From a phage: a DNA stretch of 64,000 bases. The position numbers were made by a program, and so were the translations under genes. The notes below the pieces were generated by a model. It made no database searches, was not told where the DNA came from, and worked only from the letters and a program-made list of their open reading frames with translations. Within the stretch, counting starts at the first letter, position 1. Every line of letters begins with the position of its first letter. The stretch lies in the sequence record PX246730.1. One strand, given 5' to 3'. Positions 6,043 through 16,130 of the stretch are shown one piece after another.

Positions 6043-6777
6043 ATGAAAGAGATGACAGAACAAGGTAAGGAGATTTTTAATCTCTTAAAAACCGGTAGAG
6101 GGTTTTCTAATCCCCTTATTACTGGTGCAGCAGTTCTCGGTGGAACCGTAGCTGCCTCTACATCACTTGTAAGCTCTATTAGCTCTGTAACAGACCCTAC
6201 AATAAAAGATAAGCTTGTTGCTGCTGGGCTTACAACAGTCCTCCTAAACAGCTTTACAACAAGCCTGACAAGCACTACAGCAACTACTAAGACCCTGACA
6301 GACTACGGTCAAAAGTCTATTGATGAGTTTTCATCACGTATGCAGGTAGCAAAGGGATACTCCAATGTTATGGGTGCAGCAGGAGAACAAGTTGGTTGTA
6401 CACCATTCAGTGGTATTATGGGTGTTGCTACAGAGTATGGTCAAAAAGCTATTGACATGATGAACAGTACACTAGATAGTGTTAATGGTGTGTTAAGTGA
6501 CTTACAAGATGCTATTGATAAGGGTCTTGATACTGTTTCTGATTTAGCTAACCAAGCTGTTAGTAAGATTAATGAAGGTATCTCGAAGATTACAGCTTAT
6601 GCAGATGAAGTTGTGCAGATGATTGAAGAAGAAGCTGCCCTTATTGCAGAGTACCTTAAAACGAATATCAATGGGTTCTTAGCAGGTATCTTACCAGACT
6701 GGTTTGATGATGCCTGTAAAACTGGTGTAATTGACACTATTGCAACACCAGAAATGAAGAGCGCATTACAGAAATAA
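6043..6777 (+). CDS. hypothetical Ser/Thr-rich protein (244 aa)
   Basis: ORF 5827-6777 trimmed to ATG at 6043 because upstream part overlaps tRNA-His/Phe; no motif recognised. Confidence 0.5.
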   Translation: MKEMTEQGKEIFNLLKTGRGFSNPLITGAAVLGGTVAASTSLVSSISSVTDPTIKDKLVAAGLTTVLLNSFTTSLTSTTATTKTLTDYGQKSIDEFSSRMQVAKGYSNVMGAAGEQVGCTPFSGIMGVATEYGQKAIDMMNSTLDSVNGVLSDLQDAIDKGLDTVSDLANQAVSKINEGISKITAYADEVVQMIEEEAALIAEYLKTNINGFLAGILPDWFDDACKTGVIDTIATPEMKSALQK

Positions 6778-6778
6778 T

Positions 6779-6868
6779 GGAAGATTAACCCTAAAAGGTA
6801 AGGGAGCAGTTTGCTAAACTGCCAGTAGCTGAGAAATCGGTGTACCAGTTCAAGTCTGGTATCTTCCT
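6779..6868 (+). tRNA. tRNA-Ser(GCT)
   Basis: perfect acceptor GGAAGAT/ATCTTCC, perfect anticodon arm GCAGT-ttGCTaa-ACTGC, long variable arm, T-arm ACCAG-TTCAAGT-CTGGT, CCA encoded. Confidence 0.8.
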
Positions 6869-6875
6869 CCAATTT

Positions 6876-6948
6876 GAATCCGTGACAGAAATGGATATGT
6901 GCCTGTCTGCAAAACAGGTTTATAAGGGTTCGAGTCCCTTCGGATTCT
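6876..6948 (+). tRNA. tRNA-Cys(GCA)
   Basis: perfect acceptor GAATCCG/CGGATTC, perfect anticodon arm CCTGT-ctGCAaa-ACAGG, T-arm AAGGG-TTCGAGT-CCCTT, CCA encoded. Confidence 0.8.
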
Positions 6949-6988
6949 CCAAGTTATTTTACTCTCTCTCAATTAAAATAATAATAAT

Positions 6989-7048
6989 GCCCTGCTATAA
7001 GTATTCTTCCTTTCGCTACCGAAGAGTATTTTTAGACAGGGCTTTTTT
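6989..7048 (+). terminator. long hairpin plus T6 run, likely terminator at end of tRNA operon
   Basis: GCCCTG ... CAGGGC stem followed by TTTTTT (7043-7048). Confidence 0.55.
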
Positions 7049-7113
7049 ACAGAGTTATACTTTATAGGAAGACTTATACAGTATGTCTCTGACGTACATT
7101 GTGGTTTCTCCTT

Positions 7114-7137
7114 GACGGTCTCTGTGCCGTCTTTTTT
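7114..7137 (+). terminator. intrinsic terminator-like hairpin
   Basis: GACGG-tctctgtg-CCGTC followed by TTTTTT. Confidence 0.5.
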
Positions 7138-7173
7138 AAGGAGAAACAAGATTAATTATTTGGAGAAAACATA

Positions 7174-7374
7174 ATGAGTGAGAACGTTTATAAAGAACTT
7201 TATGAAGCTAACAAGAAGTTAGAGTTTATGCAGAATACTATCATGGCAATTGCAGATAGATTATCTGTAGCAACAGGTATTGATATTAAAGAAGCATCTA
7301 TGGATGCACTTCTTGATGCTGTTGATGCAAAGTTCGAAGTTAAGAAAGAAGAGACTGCTACAGACTCTGAATAA
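7174..7374 (+). CDS. hypothetical protein (66 aa)
   Basis: ORF track, RBS-like GGAG upstream; immediately precedes terminase. Confidence 0.45.
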   Translation: MSENVYKELYEANKKLEFMQNTIMAIADRLSVATGIDIKEASMDALLDAVDAKFEVKKEETATDSE

Positions 7375-7395
7375 TTCTATTTGCGGAGGCGCTTA

Positions 7396-8997
7396 ATGGA
7401 CTTAAATGCTGTTAAGCAGAAGCGAGTGGAAGATGTTAGGAAAGTCCTAGCTGGAGAGTTGGGGCTTTCTGATGAAGTAAAAGAAATTATCAAATCATTC
7501 GGTAAAGACCCCTCTAAATTCCTTCCAACTCAAATTCTGACTTTATTAAGATATACACCAGACCAAGTTCGCCTCATCTTTAAATTGATGACTGATAAGA
7601 ACTATGTAGCCCCTCAACCGGGTTCTCAAGAGGTCTTTTTAAATACTAATGCTGACTTGGTTCTTTATGGTGGTGCTGCTGGTGCTGGTAAAACTGCTGC
7701 ATTGTTAATGGACTCTTTAAGGTTTATTGAAGACCCTAACTATAATGCTGTATATTTCCGTCGAAACACAACACAGTTACAAGGTGGTTTATGGCCTGCT
7801 GCAAAGAAACTATTTGGTAAGTTTGGTGGGGTTCCTCACGAGCAGAAAATGACTATCACATTCCCTTCTGGGGCGACTATCAAGTTTACCTACCTAGAAC
7901 TTGAAAAGCACGCTGAAGGTCATCAGGGTATTGAATACTCAGCTATTTACTTTGACGAAGGTACACACTTCTCTGCTTCACAGATTTCATACCTACAAAC
8001 CCGTCTACGTTCTGGTGCTGAAGGTGATTCATACATGAAGATTTCCATGAACCCAGACAGAGACCACTTTATTTATGATTGGGTAGAACCATTCCTAGAT
8101 GAAGAAGGTTATCCAGACCCTGAAAAGTGTGGTCGTATTCGTTGGTATGTAATGAACGATGGTGTGATGGTTTCTGATTGGGAGAGAGACAAGATTCTTG
8201 AAATGTTCCCTCTTGAGATTCCTCAAACATACACCTTCATTTCTGGTACGATTGATGATAACCCAATTCTTGACTTCTTAGAACCAAAGTATCGTGGTAA
8301 GCTTGAAAACAACACTCCTGTAAACGTTGCAAGACTTCGTTTCGGTAACTGGAAGGCTCGTGCAGAAGGTTCAAACTATTGGCAAAGACAATGGTGTGAA
8401 ATTGTTGATTCACTCCCAGAAGATGTATTTGATGTTAGAGCATGGGACTTAGCAGCAACTTTACCATCTGAGGTTAACCCTAATCCAGACTGGACAGCAG
8501 GTGTTAAGATGGGTAAATCTAAAAAAGACGGTTGCTATTATATCATTGATGTAGTAAGATTTAGAGATAGACCCTCTGGAGTCGAAACACAAATTAATTT
8601 GACTGCTGAAAGTGACGGTAAGCGAACTGGTATTTTTATCCCTCAAGACCCAGGCGCTGCTGGTAAATCCTACGCAACATCCCTCATCAGGAAACTTGCC
8701 GAGAAAGGTTATCGAGCAAGAGCTAAACCAACAAATAAAGATAAAGTTACCCGATTTGCGGGGTTTTCTGCTGCTTCTGAAGCTGGACTTGTAAAAGTCT
8801 TGAGAGGTAGCTGGAATGAAGCTTACTTCCAAGAGCTTGAAGGCTTTTGTGGTGATGGTAAAACTAAAGATGACCAAGTGGATGCTACCAGTGATGCTTT
8901 CAACAGTCTTAACGAAGTTAAATTATTCAAGCCACCATCAATGGGTGCTCACACAGACTTAGTGAGAGGAAACCCATATGAGGGGCTTAGACGTTGA
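7396..8997 (+). CDS. terminase large subunit
   Basis: Walker A-like VLYGGAAGAGKT near N-terminus; position ahead of portal; ATG at 7396 preceded by GGAGG (track ORF starts at TTG 7381). Confidence 0.85.
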   Translation: MDLNAVKQKRVEDVRKVLAGELGLSDEVKEIIKSFGKDPSKFLPTQILTLLRYTPDQVRLIFKLMTDKNYVAPQPGSQEVFLNTNADLVLYGGAAGAGKTAALLMDSLRFIEDPNYNAVYFRRNTTQLQGGLWPAAKKLFGKFGGVPHEQKMTITFPSGATIKFTYLELEKHAEGHQGIEYSAIYFDEGTHFSASQISYLQTRLRSGAEGDSYMKISMNPDRDHFIYDWVEPFLDEEGYPDPEKCGRIRWYVMNDGVMVSDWERDKILEMFPLEIPQTYTFISGTIDDNPILDFLEPKYRGKLENNTPVNVARLRFGNWKARAEGSNYWQRQWCEIVDSLPEDVFDVRAWDLAATLPSEVNPNPDWTAGVKMGKSKKDGCYYIIDVVRFRDRPSGVETQINLTAESDGKRTGIFIPQDPGAAGKSYATSLIRKLAEKGYRARAKPTNKDKVTRFAGFSAASEAGLVKVLRGSWNEAYFQELEGFCGDGKTKDDQVDATSDAFNSLNEVKLFKPPSMGAHTDLVRGNPYEGLRR

Positions 8998-9013
8998 TAG
9001 CTAGGTGAGAAGA

Positions 9014-10480
9014 ATGGCAGATATTACAGAAACACAAGAAAGCTTACCACCATTTAGAATGGGTGAAGTAGGTTCTTTGGGTCTGAAGGTTAAGAATGGA
9101 AGAATCTATGAAGAACCTCGTCAGGCACTAAGGTTCCCTGAAAGTATTAAAACTTTCCAATTAATGATGCGTGACCCTGCTGTAGCAGCATCTGTAAATA
9201 TTATTAAGATGTTTGTCAGAAAAGTCAACTGGAGATTCGTACCTCCAAAGGGAAAAGAGCAAGACCCTAAAATGCTTGAAAGAGCAGACTTCTTTAATTC
9301 TTTAATGGATGACATGGAGCATGATTGGGCAGATTTTATTAACTCTGTAATGTCATTCTGCACTTATGGGTTCTGTGTTAACGAAAAGGTTTATAAGAAA
9401 CGTCAGGGTAAAAAAGGAAAGTACCAGTCAAAATTTGATGATGGTCTAATTGGGTGGGCTAAATTACCAATCAGAAACCAATCAACACTTGATAAGTGGT
9501 ATTTTGACGAAGACTTTAGAAAAGTTACTGGTGTCAGACAGAATCTGAGAAATGTTTCACATATTGCTGGAGCAATTAATCTTGGAGAAAGACCACTAAC
9601 AAGAAAACTTCCACGAGCTAAATTCATGCTGTTTAAGTATGATGATGAGTATGGTAACCCAGAAGGTCGTTCACCATTGCTTAATGCTTATGTACCGTGG
9701 AAGTATAAAGTTCAGATTGAAGAGTACGAAGCTGTTGGTGTTTCAAGAGACTTGGTAGGTATGCCAAAGATTGGTTTACCACCAGATTATCTGGATGAAA
9801 ATGCAGAACCTGAAAAGAAAGCTTTCGTACAATACTGCAAAACTGTTGTTAATGATATGATTGCTAATGACAGAGCAGGTTTAATCTGGCCTAGATATAT
9901 TGACCCAGATACTAAAGAGGATATTTTTGAGTTCTCATTAGTTTCTAGACAGGGTGCTAAAGCATACGATACAGGTTCTATTATTGACAGATATTCCAAG
10001 CAGATTATGATGGCATTTATGTCAGATGTTCTTGCTATGGGTCAGTCAAAATATGGTTCATTCTCTCTTGCAGATTCTAAGACAAGCTTACTAGCAATGT
10101 CAGTAGATATTCTGCTGAAGCAAATTAAGAACGTAATTAACCGTGATTTAGTTGCACAGACTTATGCTCTTAATATGTGGGATGATGAAGAACATGTGCA
10201 AATCACATATGATGATATCGAAACCCCAGACCTTGAAGTAATTGGTTCTTATATCCAGAAGACTGTTGCAGTAGGTGCTTTGGAAGTTGACAAAGAGCTA
10301 TCTAACAAACTTAGAGAGCATATTGGTCTTCCTCCTGCTGATGAGTCTCAGCCAGTATCTGAAAAGCTTTCTCCAAATAGCCAAAGCCGTTCAGGAGATG
10401 GTTATAAGACCGCTGGGGAAGGTACTGCAAAGACACCTTCAGCGAAAGACCCAAGCACAGCAAATAAGGCAAATAAATAA
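9014..10480 (+). CDS. portal protein (probable)
   Basis: about 490 aa ORF directly after terminase, acidic/Gly-rich C-terminus; synteny. Confidence 0.65.
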   Translation: MADITETQESLPPFRMGEVGSLGLKVKNGRIYEEPRQALRFPESIKTFQLMMRDPAVAASVNIIKMFVRKVNWRFVPPKGKEQDPKMLERADFFNSLMDDMEHDWADFINSVMSFCTYGFCVNEKVYKKRQGKKGKYQSKFDDGLIGWAKLPIRNQSTLDKWYFDEDFRKVTGVRQNLRNVSHIAGAINLGERPLTRKLPRAKFMLFKYDDEYGNPEGRSPLLNAYVPWKYKVQIEEYEAVGVSRDLVGMPKIGLPPDYLDENAEPEKKAFVQYCKTVVNDMIANDRAGLIWPRYIDPDTKEDIFEFSLVSRQGAKAYDTGSIIDRYSKQIMMAFMSDVLAMGQSKYGSFSLADSKTSLLAMSVDILLKQIKNVINRDLVAQTYALNMWDDEEHVQITYDDIETPDLEVIGSYIQKTVAVGALEVDKELSNKLREHIGLPPADESQPVSEKLSPNSQSRSGDGYKTAGEGTAKTPSAKDPSTANKANK

Positions 10481-10980
10481 TGGCTGAAGTTATCTCTATT
10501 TCAAATGCTACACGAGTGCATTCGTATAGGGGTGTCCTTATCATTACTGATAAGTTATCTGTAGAGGCTGGCTCAAGGGTCAGCCTTTCAGGTTATGTTA
10601 GTGATGGTGGAACCTCTGACGTTTTCACTATTTGCAGGTTACTTGATGCTTCAATGAGTGGAAAACCGTTTATTTCAGGAAATTGTAGTGAAATTGTTAA
10701 AATTCCATTTGACAGTTCATGCCTTTTGGGTGTAAAGTTATATAACTGCGAGAATAAACGTATCAATGTTAATAGCATTGAAGCCGCTTTCATTACCCTC
10801 GACACTGCATTTCAATCTCCAATGACAGTTGATAAAGAAACAAACAGACTTGAATACATTTTTTCACAAAATGATTACAAAGTACTTGTCAAAGGTAAAG
10901 TATATGATATGATTGTAAATGTGGTAGATGAATCTGGTAACCATTCAACAGTCCTTAAACAAAAAGTAAGGTTTAATTAA
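10480..10980 (+). CDS. hypothetical head-module protein
   Basis: ORF track; ATGA start-stop overlap with portal. Confidence 0.5.
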   Translation: MAEVISISNATRVHSYRGVLIITDKLSVEAGSRVSLSGYVSDGGTSDVFTICRLLDASMSGKPFISGNCSEIVKIPFDSSCLLGVKLYNCENKRINVNSIEAAFITLDTAFQSPMTVDKETNRLEYIFSQNDYKVLVKGKVYDMIVNVVDESGNHSTVLKQKVRFN

Positions 10981-11312
10981 TGGGAACATTAACTATTGAT
11001 GGTAAGAATAAAATCCTCGCCACGCTAACCCCAACGACTATTATTTTACACAATGTAGACCCAACGGCAGACCCTACAGCAAATAAGGTTACTCAGCCAG
11101 TGGCTATTTATTTTTCTGAACCGGATAATGGCTTAATTGCCTCAGAAGACACAGTTAACATTACTGTTCCAGCTTCTGTAACGGTCTCACACTATAGCTT
11201 GTGGGATGCTAACGATAAATGCGTGGCAACTGGTGCTCTTAGCAAACCTCAATTCTTTGCTGAAGAAGGTATCTATGTTATCTCTTCAGTCTCTGTAGAT
11301 TTAAACAAATAG
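10980..11312 (+). CDS. hypothetical head-module protein
   Basis: ORF track; translationally coupled. Confidence 0.5.
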   Translation: MGTLTIDGKNKILATLTPTTIILHNVDPTADPTANKVTQPVAIYFSEPDNGLIASEDTVNITVPASVTVSHYSLWDANDKCVATGALSKPQFFAEEGIYVISSVSVDLNK

Positions 11313-11323
11313 GGTGAGTAAAA

Positions 11324-12670
11324 ATGAGTTCGAATATCTTCAGACTTGCTGATAGATTATTCAACCAACCTTTACTAGCCACTGAATCATTAGCTCACTC
11401 AGCAGCAACTTATGTGAATAACAGATTGCTGGGTGATGTCCAAGCAGCAGTAAACTTTGATAAACCCAAAGGTGAAGCAAGAAGTCTTTTAAAAGTAAAA
11501 GATGACATTGCTATTATCCCTATTATGGGTGGTTTAACCCATCGCATGACATTCATTGATGCAATGTGTACAGGTGGATTAAGCTCTTATGAGGGTTTAC
11601 GTAGAGGCTTTGACGAAGCTTTAGCAGATGAGTCAATTAAGACTATCGTTCTGCATATTGATTCAGGTGGTGGTGAAGCTTCAGGTTGCTTTGAATTAGC
11701 ACGTCACATTATGGCTTCAAGAGGCCAAAAGAAAATTATTGCTTATGTAGATGAGTTCGCTTGTTCCGCTGCATACGCTCTTGCATCTTCTGCTGAAGAA
11801 ATTATTGCATCACCAGATGCAGATGTTGGTTCTATTGGTGTAATTATGGTTCATCAGGAATTAACTAAGGCATTTGAAAAGAATGGCGTAACAATTAACG
11901 TCATCAAAGCTGGTGAGTTTAAAGGTATGGGTTCACCATTCCAAGCACTTTCAGAAGAAAGCAAAGAAAGACTTCAAAAGAGAATTAATGATACCTACGC
12001 AACCTTTACAGGTTTTGTAGCCGAATCCCGTAATCTCTCTGAAGAAGCTGTAAAGAATACTGAGGCGAATGTTTATTCTGCTCAGGAAGCTCTTGAACTT
12101 GGTTTAATTAACTCAATCATGTCTCAAGATGATTTCTTAAATTACTTACAAGGTTCTGAAGAGGCTCCTGTAAGTTTAAACGTTAACAATTCAGGTGAAG
12201 AAATGACTGAACAAGAAAAGCAAGAACTAGAAGCTTTGCGTCTTCAGGTTGCTCAAATGAAAGCTAAAGAACAGGAAGCTGCTTTGTCAGATTTGACTAA
12301 TAAGATTTCTGCTTCTGCTGAAGCTTTTGGATTTGATGCAAAAGAAGCTGCAACGACTATTTTAGGTGCTGGTCTTGATAACCCTCTGAGTGTTCTGTTT
12401 ATGAATGCTATGGAAGGTGCTAACCAGAAACTTAATGAAACTATCGCGTCCCATGCTTCTGCAATGGAAGAAAAAGAATCAGAAATTACCAAGCTGAAAG
12501 AAACTGCTGGTGCTGTTCTTGAACATTCCAACGCTATGGAAGAAGTGGGTAATGACGGTGAAGCTGATTTGGTTGAAGAAGAAAAAGAACCAGCTAAGAA
12601 TGCTTCCGAAGACACTGCTGAACAACGCAAACTGGCTCTCCAGAATGCTCTAAAATCTCTTATCAAATAA
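11324..12670 (+). CDS. prohead protease (S49/ClpP-fold) fused to scaffold-like coiled-coil C-terminus
   Basis: motifs resembling SppA/ClpP serine peptidases (IPIMGG, HIDSGGGEASG, DEFACSAAYALAS); Glu/Ala/Lys-rich helical C-terminal half. Confidence 0.6.
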   Translation: MSSNIFRLADRLFNQPLLATESLAHSAATYVNNRLLGDVQAAVNFDKPKGEARSLLKVKDDIAIIPIMGGLTHRMTFIDAMCTGGLSSYEGLRRGFDEALADESIKTIVLHIDSGGGEASGCFELARHIMASRGQKKIIAYVDEFACSAAYALASSAEEIIASPDADVGSIGVIMVHQELTKAFEKNGVTINVIKAGEFKGMGSPFQALSEESKERLQKRINDTYATFTGFVAESRNLSEEAVKNTEANVYSAQEALELGLINSIMSQDDFLNYLQGSEEAPVSLNVNNSGEEMTEQEKQELEALRLQVAQMKAKEQEAALSDLTNKISASAEAFGFDAKEAATTILGAGLDNPLSVLFMNAMEGANQKLNETIASHASAMEEKESEITKLKETAGAVLEHSNAMEEVGNDGEADLVEEEKEPAKNASEDTAEQRKLALQNALKSLIK

Positions 12671-12681
12671 GGAACACAATA

Positions 12682-13059
12682 ATGGCATATCAAGGTTTTA
12701 CTAAGTTAGGTAACAGAGAACCTCTGAATGATATCATTCTTTGGGAACAGATTACCCCAACAGGCCACTCTCGCAAAGAGTACACTCCGGTTGCTTCAAC
12801 AGAATACCGTGTAGGTGAAGTTCTGAAAGCAGATGGTACTAAGGTTACAGCAGGGCAAGAAGCTCAGGCTGACTCTGTATGTATCGTTAACTTCTACGCA
12901 GACTCACAACTGTCTTATCATGGTCAGTTGAAAGTGGTAGGTATCTACCGTGATGCAGAACTGAAAGACATGCTTACTCTTGAGGCAAGCGTTGACGCTG
13001 CCGCAGTCAAGAAAGCTCTAGCTGCTAAAGGTATTGATTTCGTACCAACTGGCCTGTAA
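12682..13059 (+). CDS. hypothetical head protein (decoration-like position)
   Basis: ORF between protease and capsid genes. Confidence 0.45.
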   Translation: MAYQGFTKLGNREPLNDIILWEQITPTGHSRKEYTPVASTEYRVGEVLKADGTKVTAGQEAQADSVCIVNFYADSQLSYHGQLKVVGIYRDAELKDMLTLEASVDAAAVKKALAAKGIDFVPTGL

Positions 13060-13092
13060 TAACAATAATAAGACATTCTGGAGAATTTTACA

Positions 13093-14205
13093 ATGTTGAC
13101 TAATTCTGAAAAAAGCAGATTTTTCCTTGCTGACCTGACTGGTGAAGTCCAGTCTATCCCAAATACTTATGGGTATATTTCCAACTTAGGTCTGTTCCGT
13201 TCAGCACCAATCACCCAAACTACTTTCCTGATGGACTTGACTGATTGGGATGTTAGCTTGCTTGATGCGGTAGACCGTGATAGCCGTAAAGCAGAGACTA
13301 GCGCACCTGAGCGTGTTCGTCAAATCAGCTTCCCAATGATGTACTTCAAAGAAGTTGAAAGCATTACTCCTGATGAGATTCAGGGTGTACGTCAGCCAGG
13401 CACTGCAAATGAACTGACTACTGAAGCTGTAGTACGTGCTAAGAAGCTGATGAAGATTCGTACCAAGTTCGATATTACTCGTGAGTTCCTGTTTATGCAA
13501 GCTCTGAAGGGTAAAGTTGTTGATGCTCGTGGTACTCTGTACGCTGACCTGTACAAGCAGTTCGACGTTGAGAAGAAGACTATTCACTTCGACCTTGACA
13601 ATCCTAATGCTGACATCGACGCTGCTATTGAAGAACTGCGTATGCACATGGAAGACGAAGCTAAGACTGGCACTGTAATCAACGGTGAAGAAATTCACGT
13701 AGTTGTTGACCGTGTATTCTTCAGCAAACTGGTTAAGCATCCTAAGATTCGTGACGCTTATCTTGCACAGCAGACTCCACTGGCTTGGCAACAGATTACT
13801 GGTTCTCTGAGAACTGGTGGTGCTGACGGCGTTCAGGCTCATATGAACACTTTCTACTACGGTGGTGTTAAGTTTGTCCAGTACAACGGTAAGTTCAAAG
13901 ACAAGCGTGGTAAGGTTCACACTCTGGTTAGCATTGATGGTGTTACTCAGGATGGAACTGTAGGTGTAGGACATGCTTTCCCTAACGTTTCTATGCTGGG
14001 TGAAGCAAACAACATCTTCGAAGTGGCATATGGCCCATGTCCTAAGATGGGTTATGCGAATACACTTGGTCAGGAACTGTACGTATTCGAATACGAAAAA
14101 GACCGTGACGAAGGTATCGACTTTGAAGCTCACTCTTACATGCTGCCATACTGTACTCGTCCTCAGTTGCTGGTAGATGTTCGTTCTGACGCTAAAGGCG
14201 AATAA
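13093..14205 (+). CDS. major capsid protein (probable)
   Basis: 370 aa ORF after protease/scaffold, high-expression codon usage; synteny. Confidence 0.6.
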   Translation: MLTNSEKSRFFLADLTGEVQSIPNTYGYISNLGLFRSAPITQTTFLMDLTDWDVSLLDAVDRDSRKAETSAPERVRQISFPMMYFKEVESITPDEIQGVRQPGTANELTTEAVVRAKKLMKIRTKFDITREFLFMQALKGKVVDARGTLYADLYKQFDVEKKTIHFDLDNPNADIDAAIEELRMHMEDEAKTGTVINGEEIHVVVDRVFFSKLVKHPKIRDAYLAQQTPLAWQQITGSLRTGGADGVQAHMNTFYYGGVKFVQYNGKFKDKRGKVHTLVSIDGVTQDGTVGVGHAFPNVSMLGEANNIFEVAYGPCPKMGYANTLGQELYVFEYEKDRDEGIDFEAHSYMLPYCTRPQLLVDVRSDAKGE

Positions 14206-14226
14206 TATTCTTAAGGAGGGTTATGA

Positions 14227-14676
14227 ATGTGTTATACAGGCGACCCAGCCAATAACCCTCTTGATAGAGTAAGAATCCTCTGCACAGACACTAATAATGA
14301 TGAAATTCTTATTGAACAGTCTGTGCTAGAGTGGTTCTATCTAGAATCTGGAAAGGATGAAAAGAAAGCAGCCATCAAAGCTCTTAAATATTTACTCTTT
14401 CAAGTAGCCAAGATGGGAGATGAGAAGGTTGGTGGTGTTTATTTACGTAACTCTTCCAGATTCAAGTCTCTGAAAGCTGTTTATGACGACCTTGTTAAAA
14501 GCTCTGTTTCAGGACTACCCTATGTAGGTGGTATTAATCAGTGTGATATTGACATGCGTCGTCATAATCCTTGCTCTGTCAAGAAATACACAGAATATGG
14601 TGATGCTGCCAGATACGAAGGCAGAGATTACTGCAACCGTGTTAATGGCGTATTTATTATCGAGCGAGATGAATAA
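14227..14676 (+). CDS. hypothetical protein (149 aa)
   Basis: ORF track. Confidence 0.5.
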   Translation: MCYTGDPANNPLDRVRILCTDTNNDEILIEQSVLEWFYLESGKDEKKAAIKALKYLLFQVAKMGDEKVGGVYLRNSSRFKSLKAVYDDLVKSSVSGLPYVGGINQCDIDMRRHNPCSVKKYTEYGDAARYEGRDYCNRVNGVFIIERDE

Positions 14677-15158
14677 TGGTTAAAAGGGTTATTCACCCCG
14701 CTAGAGCAAAATTAGTCGGGGCTATGAAGAACTTGCAAACGGCTAATGCTCAAGTTGGGTATTTTCAAGAACAAGGTCAACATAGCTCTGGTTTTTCTTA
14801 TCCTGCTTTAATGTATTTACAAGAAGTTATTGGGGTTCCTTCAGCTTCTGGTAAAGTATATCGTAGGTTGTTTGAAATCACTATGATGCTAAACAAACAG
14901 ACCTTGTTAGAGCAGACTAAGAAGAATCTATATAAGCAACTTAGTAGTCTTAACACAGACCCTTCAAATACCTTAGAAGCATTTGCAAAGAATGCTCAAA
15001 AGGCAATTAAAAGGGGCTTTGGTAATTCTGCTATCCTCCCTCCTAACGCACCTTCCACAGTCAAGAAAAAAGGCTTTAACGCACCTCTTGTTGAGACAGG
15101 TGACTTAAGAGATAATCTTGCTTATAAAATTTCTACTAAGAAGGGTATTAAGAAATGA
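14676..15158 (+). CDS. head-tail joining protein (putative)
   Basis: position between capsid and tail genes; ATGA overlap. Confidence 0.4.
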   Translation: MVKRVIHPARAKLVGAMKNLQTANAQVGYFQEQGQHSSGFSYPALMYLQEVIGVPSASGKVYRRLFEITMMLNKQTLLEQTKKNLYKQLSSLNTDPSNTLEAFAKNAQKAIKRGFGNSAILPPNAPSTVKKKGFNAPLVETGDLRDNLAYKISTKKGIKK

Positions 15159-15556
15159 GACTCTTAAACAGACACAGCTTTGTAGTAAAGCGTAAAGTCT
15201 CTGAAGACGGTTATTACAATGATGATGGTGATTGGGTAGCTTCACAAGATATTGTAGAGGTTAACTGCAAAGGTAATATCCAGCCATACATTAAAGGTTC
15301 TGTAAAGAACGGTACACAGATTGCTTTACCGGAAGGTATCAGGCTTACCGATACAAGAATCCTGTATACCACATATAAACTTAGAACTTCAGATGATGTA
15401 GAGTGGAATGAGTCTGATATTGTTATGATTGATGGTCATGAGTATGAAGTATTTATGACTATGGATTGGTCACAGCAATTAGCCCATACGTCCCATTATG
15501 AATATATCATTATTAGAAGGGATAAAATGAATGCAGTTAGAAACAGCAGAACTTGA
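15155..15556 (+). CDS. head-tail joining protein (putative)
   Basis: synteny; overlapping start. Confidence 0.4.
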   Translation: MRLLNRHSFVVKRKVSEDGYYNDDGDWVASQDIVEVNCKGNIQPYIKGSVKNGTQIALPEGIRLTDTRILYTTYKLRTSDDVEWNESDIVMIDGHEYEVFMTMDWSQQLAHTSHYEYIIIRRDKMNAVRNSRT

Positions 15557-16130
15557 AAAAGGTCTAGTTAGAACCTTAGTGGATGTTATTGGTCACAGAT
15601 TGGCTCGTGATAAGAATAATAGACCAAATGTAATTAGAGCTTACCCTTCTGATAACTCAAATGACAAAGGTTTAAAACCTGACCAGCCATTTATTACCGT
15701 ATACTGTCAAGATGCTGCAACACCTTATGGTTGGGTTCTTGATAAGTTTGTTGAGGATGATGTAGTTTGCTACAGAATTGCTTTTCAGATTCCAGTATTA
15801 ATTACGGTAAATGGCAAAGGTGCTCACAGTATTATGCTTGAGCTTAAACAAAGATTAGAGATGAGTTCAGTCAGAGATTTAATCCTTGAAGAAACAGGAG
15901 CTACAGTACTGGACACTGGAGCAATCCCAAATGATTACACTTATCTCAATACAGATTTCGAAAATTCTGCACCTCTTGTTGTAACTCTTGTAAAAAACTC
16001 AGTCCTGAAAGATGAACGTGGAAGTATTATTGAGCGTGTCATTGTTGATGGTGAGTTAGTTTATGAAGAAGGACAAGAGCCACCAGAATATACTATCCAT
16101 CTAGATGTAGACTCCAAAGGGGTAAAATAA
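15531..16130 (+). CDS. tail completion/neck protein (putative)
   Basis: synteny. Confidence 0.4.
   Translation: MQLETAELEKGLVRTLVDVIGHRLARDKNNRPNVIRAYPSDNSNDKGLKPDQPFITVYCQDAATPYGWVLDKFVEDDVVCYRIAFQIPVLITVNGKGAHSIMLELKQRLEMSSVRDLILEETGATVLDTGAIPNDYTYLNTDFENSAPLVVTLVKNSVLKDERGSIIERVIVDGELVYEEGQEPPEYTIHLDVDSKGVK

Noticed and set aside
12253-12693. 146-aa minus-strand ORF
   Set aside because: Antisense to the 3' end of the protease/scaffold gene; Ser/Ala-rich translation typical of antisense artefacts.
13201-14133. 310-aa ORF on the minus strand
   Set aside because: Lies entirely antisense to the major capsid gene in a unidirectional structural operon; no RBS; low-complexity translation typical of a spurious antisense frame.
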